From Gammaproteobacteria bacterium (lineage in GTDB: Bacteria > Pseudomonadota > Gammaproteobacteria > UBA5861), in assembly GCA_022360445.1 (NCBI GenBank), contig JAKSCV010000059.1:11897-75896 (forward strand): a stretch of 64,000 nucleotides of DNA, given 5' to 3'. A program made the translations under genes and the position numbers. Below, one piece after another: positions 63,006 through 64,000 of the stretch (positions are counted from its first letter, which is position 1; each line of letters begins with the position of its first letter). The notes under the pieces were generated by a model that saw only the letters and a list, made by a program, of their open reading frames with translations, searched no databases and was not told where the DNA came from.

Positions 63006-64000
63006 CTATTGCTTGCGTGTCAGAATAATGCCGCCATGAGTGAATAGGGGGGAATGAGCACCTAACTGCTTGAGTTTGTCCGCTCGGGTAAAAACGAGCT
63101 CACCGGACTCGGGAAATCGGCGTGGTGTAATTTGTTCGCTATAAACAGTAAAGCTTGGCATATTGATACCCCACATTATGACTGTTTCATTCAACGACTT
63201 TGCCTGAGCTGCCGCAGCTTTAACCGGTTGCTGTTGCATGTTGCCGGCTAAAGGAAGCAAACCTTGTGTGATCGCAACCCATTGTAAAATGCCCAGGGTG
63301 ATTAACCCTCTTGCGATCAGGTGTTTGGGCAACAGCAGTAAACCGGTGGCAAAGACAAAAGTAACTCCTGTCAGGATACGATAATTCAAGTCAACACTAT
63401 GAATACCAAGTGTTAAGAGTTCATGACGATAGGCGTTATCTTCGTGAGACTGGCCCATTTTAAGCAATTCGGGCAGTGCCACCAGCAGTAGCAAAAACAG
63501 AATACCGGGTAGATAGGCCAGCCAGCGGTTTCGCAAGGATGAACATTTAGGTGCCATCAACAGAAACAGAGGGGTTGACCCATATAAAAGATAATGCGGG
63601 AGCTGGGTACTTGAGAAAGAGAAAAAGACAAAAACAAAGCCAAACCAGATGACTAGAAACCGGTTGAATGAGTTGTTCCAAAGCGTGCGGCCTGTTGATA
63701 TCAGAGTGATCAGAACGCCACTGAACGGTAATACAATCAAAAAAACAACGGGCAGGTAAAAAAGAAGATTGCCGCCATGTCCCTCCATGGTGCTGGAAAA
63801 TCGGCTGAGATTGTGTTTAAGGAAAAAGCCTTCAATAAAGGCCCATCCCTGGTCATATAAAATCAGCATATACCAGGGTAAAACGATGGCAAGAAAGATC
63901 AGCCAGCCGATTGGATTGAAGAGACACAACAACCAGGAACGTAAGCGCCTATTGGATAGAAAAAAAATAAAACTGACAATCAACGGAATCAAAATCGCAA
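63006..64000 (-). CDS. ArnT/PMT-like (GT39/GT83) membrane glycosyltransferase, C-terminal part; the gene continues beyond the window
   Basis: Long polytopic protein with many TM helices; family assignment from TM-rich architecture and PAP2 adjacency only, no diagnostic motif identified. Confidence 0.5.
   Translation of the reverse strand, partial: AILIPLIVSFIFFLSNRRLRSWLLCLFNPIGWLIFLAIVLPWYMLILYDQGWAFIEGFFLKHNLSRFSSTMEGHGGNLLFYLPVVFLIVLPFSGVLITLISTGRTLWNNSFNRFLVIWFGFVFVFFSFSSTQLPHYLLYGSTPLFLLMAPKCSSLRNRWLAYLPGILFLLLLVALPELLKMGQSHEDNAYRHELLTLGIHSVDLNYRILTGVTFVFATGLLLLPKHLIARGLITLGILQWVAITQGLLPLAGNMQQQPVKAAAAQAKSLNETVIMWGINMPSFTVYSEQITPRRFPESGELVFTRADKLKQLGAHSPLFTHGGIILTRKQ

Overview
This is a gammaproteobacterial chromosomal window of about 50% GC. 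Between roughly 13 kb and 46.5 kb it is collinear with the Pseudomonas PA4431-PA4400 region: petABC (cytochrome bc1), sspA-sspB, diaA-yraN-lpoA, divergent rsmI, RNase P RNA (rnpB), then the full dcw cluster mraZ-rsmH-ftsL-ftsI-murE-murF-mraY-murD-ftsW-murG-murC-ddl-ftsQ-ftsA-ftsZ-lpxC, followed by a DUF721 gene, an M23 peptidase, secA, argJ, a MutT/ThiE-like fusion, zapD and an MscS-family channel. The flanks are more accessory in character.

Left flank: a partial DevC/FtsX-like ABC permease, a divergent TetR regulator co-transcribed with a secreted protein of unknown function, and a beta-propeller lipoprotein (choice-of-anchor-I/phytase-like). Next comes a low-GC ~2.6 kb islet bounded by two direct copies of a ~100-bp double-hairpin repeat; it carries marR, two DUF2269-like membrane-protein paralogs and a frameshifted DUF4145 gene. 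Beyond it lie a DedA-FAD disulfide oxidoreductase fusion, cysB, an IVD-type acyl-CoA dehydrogenase and a Nif3-family gene.

Right flank: a decayed second dctP downstream of an intact dctPQM TRAP transporter, an ~85%-identical second copy of the acyl-CoA dehydrogenase, tex, a TonB-dependent receptor/YfiR-like (DUF4154)/hybrid histidine kinase module, hemN with a candidate FNR box, and a PAP2 phosphatase next to an ArnT-like glycosyltransferase.

I saw no CRISPR array, tRNA, rRNA or complete transposase. Coordinates of features that are not ORFs were read by hand and may be off by 1-2 nt.
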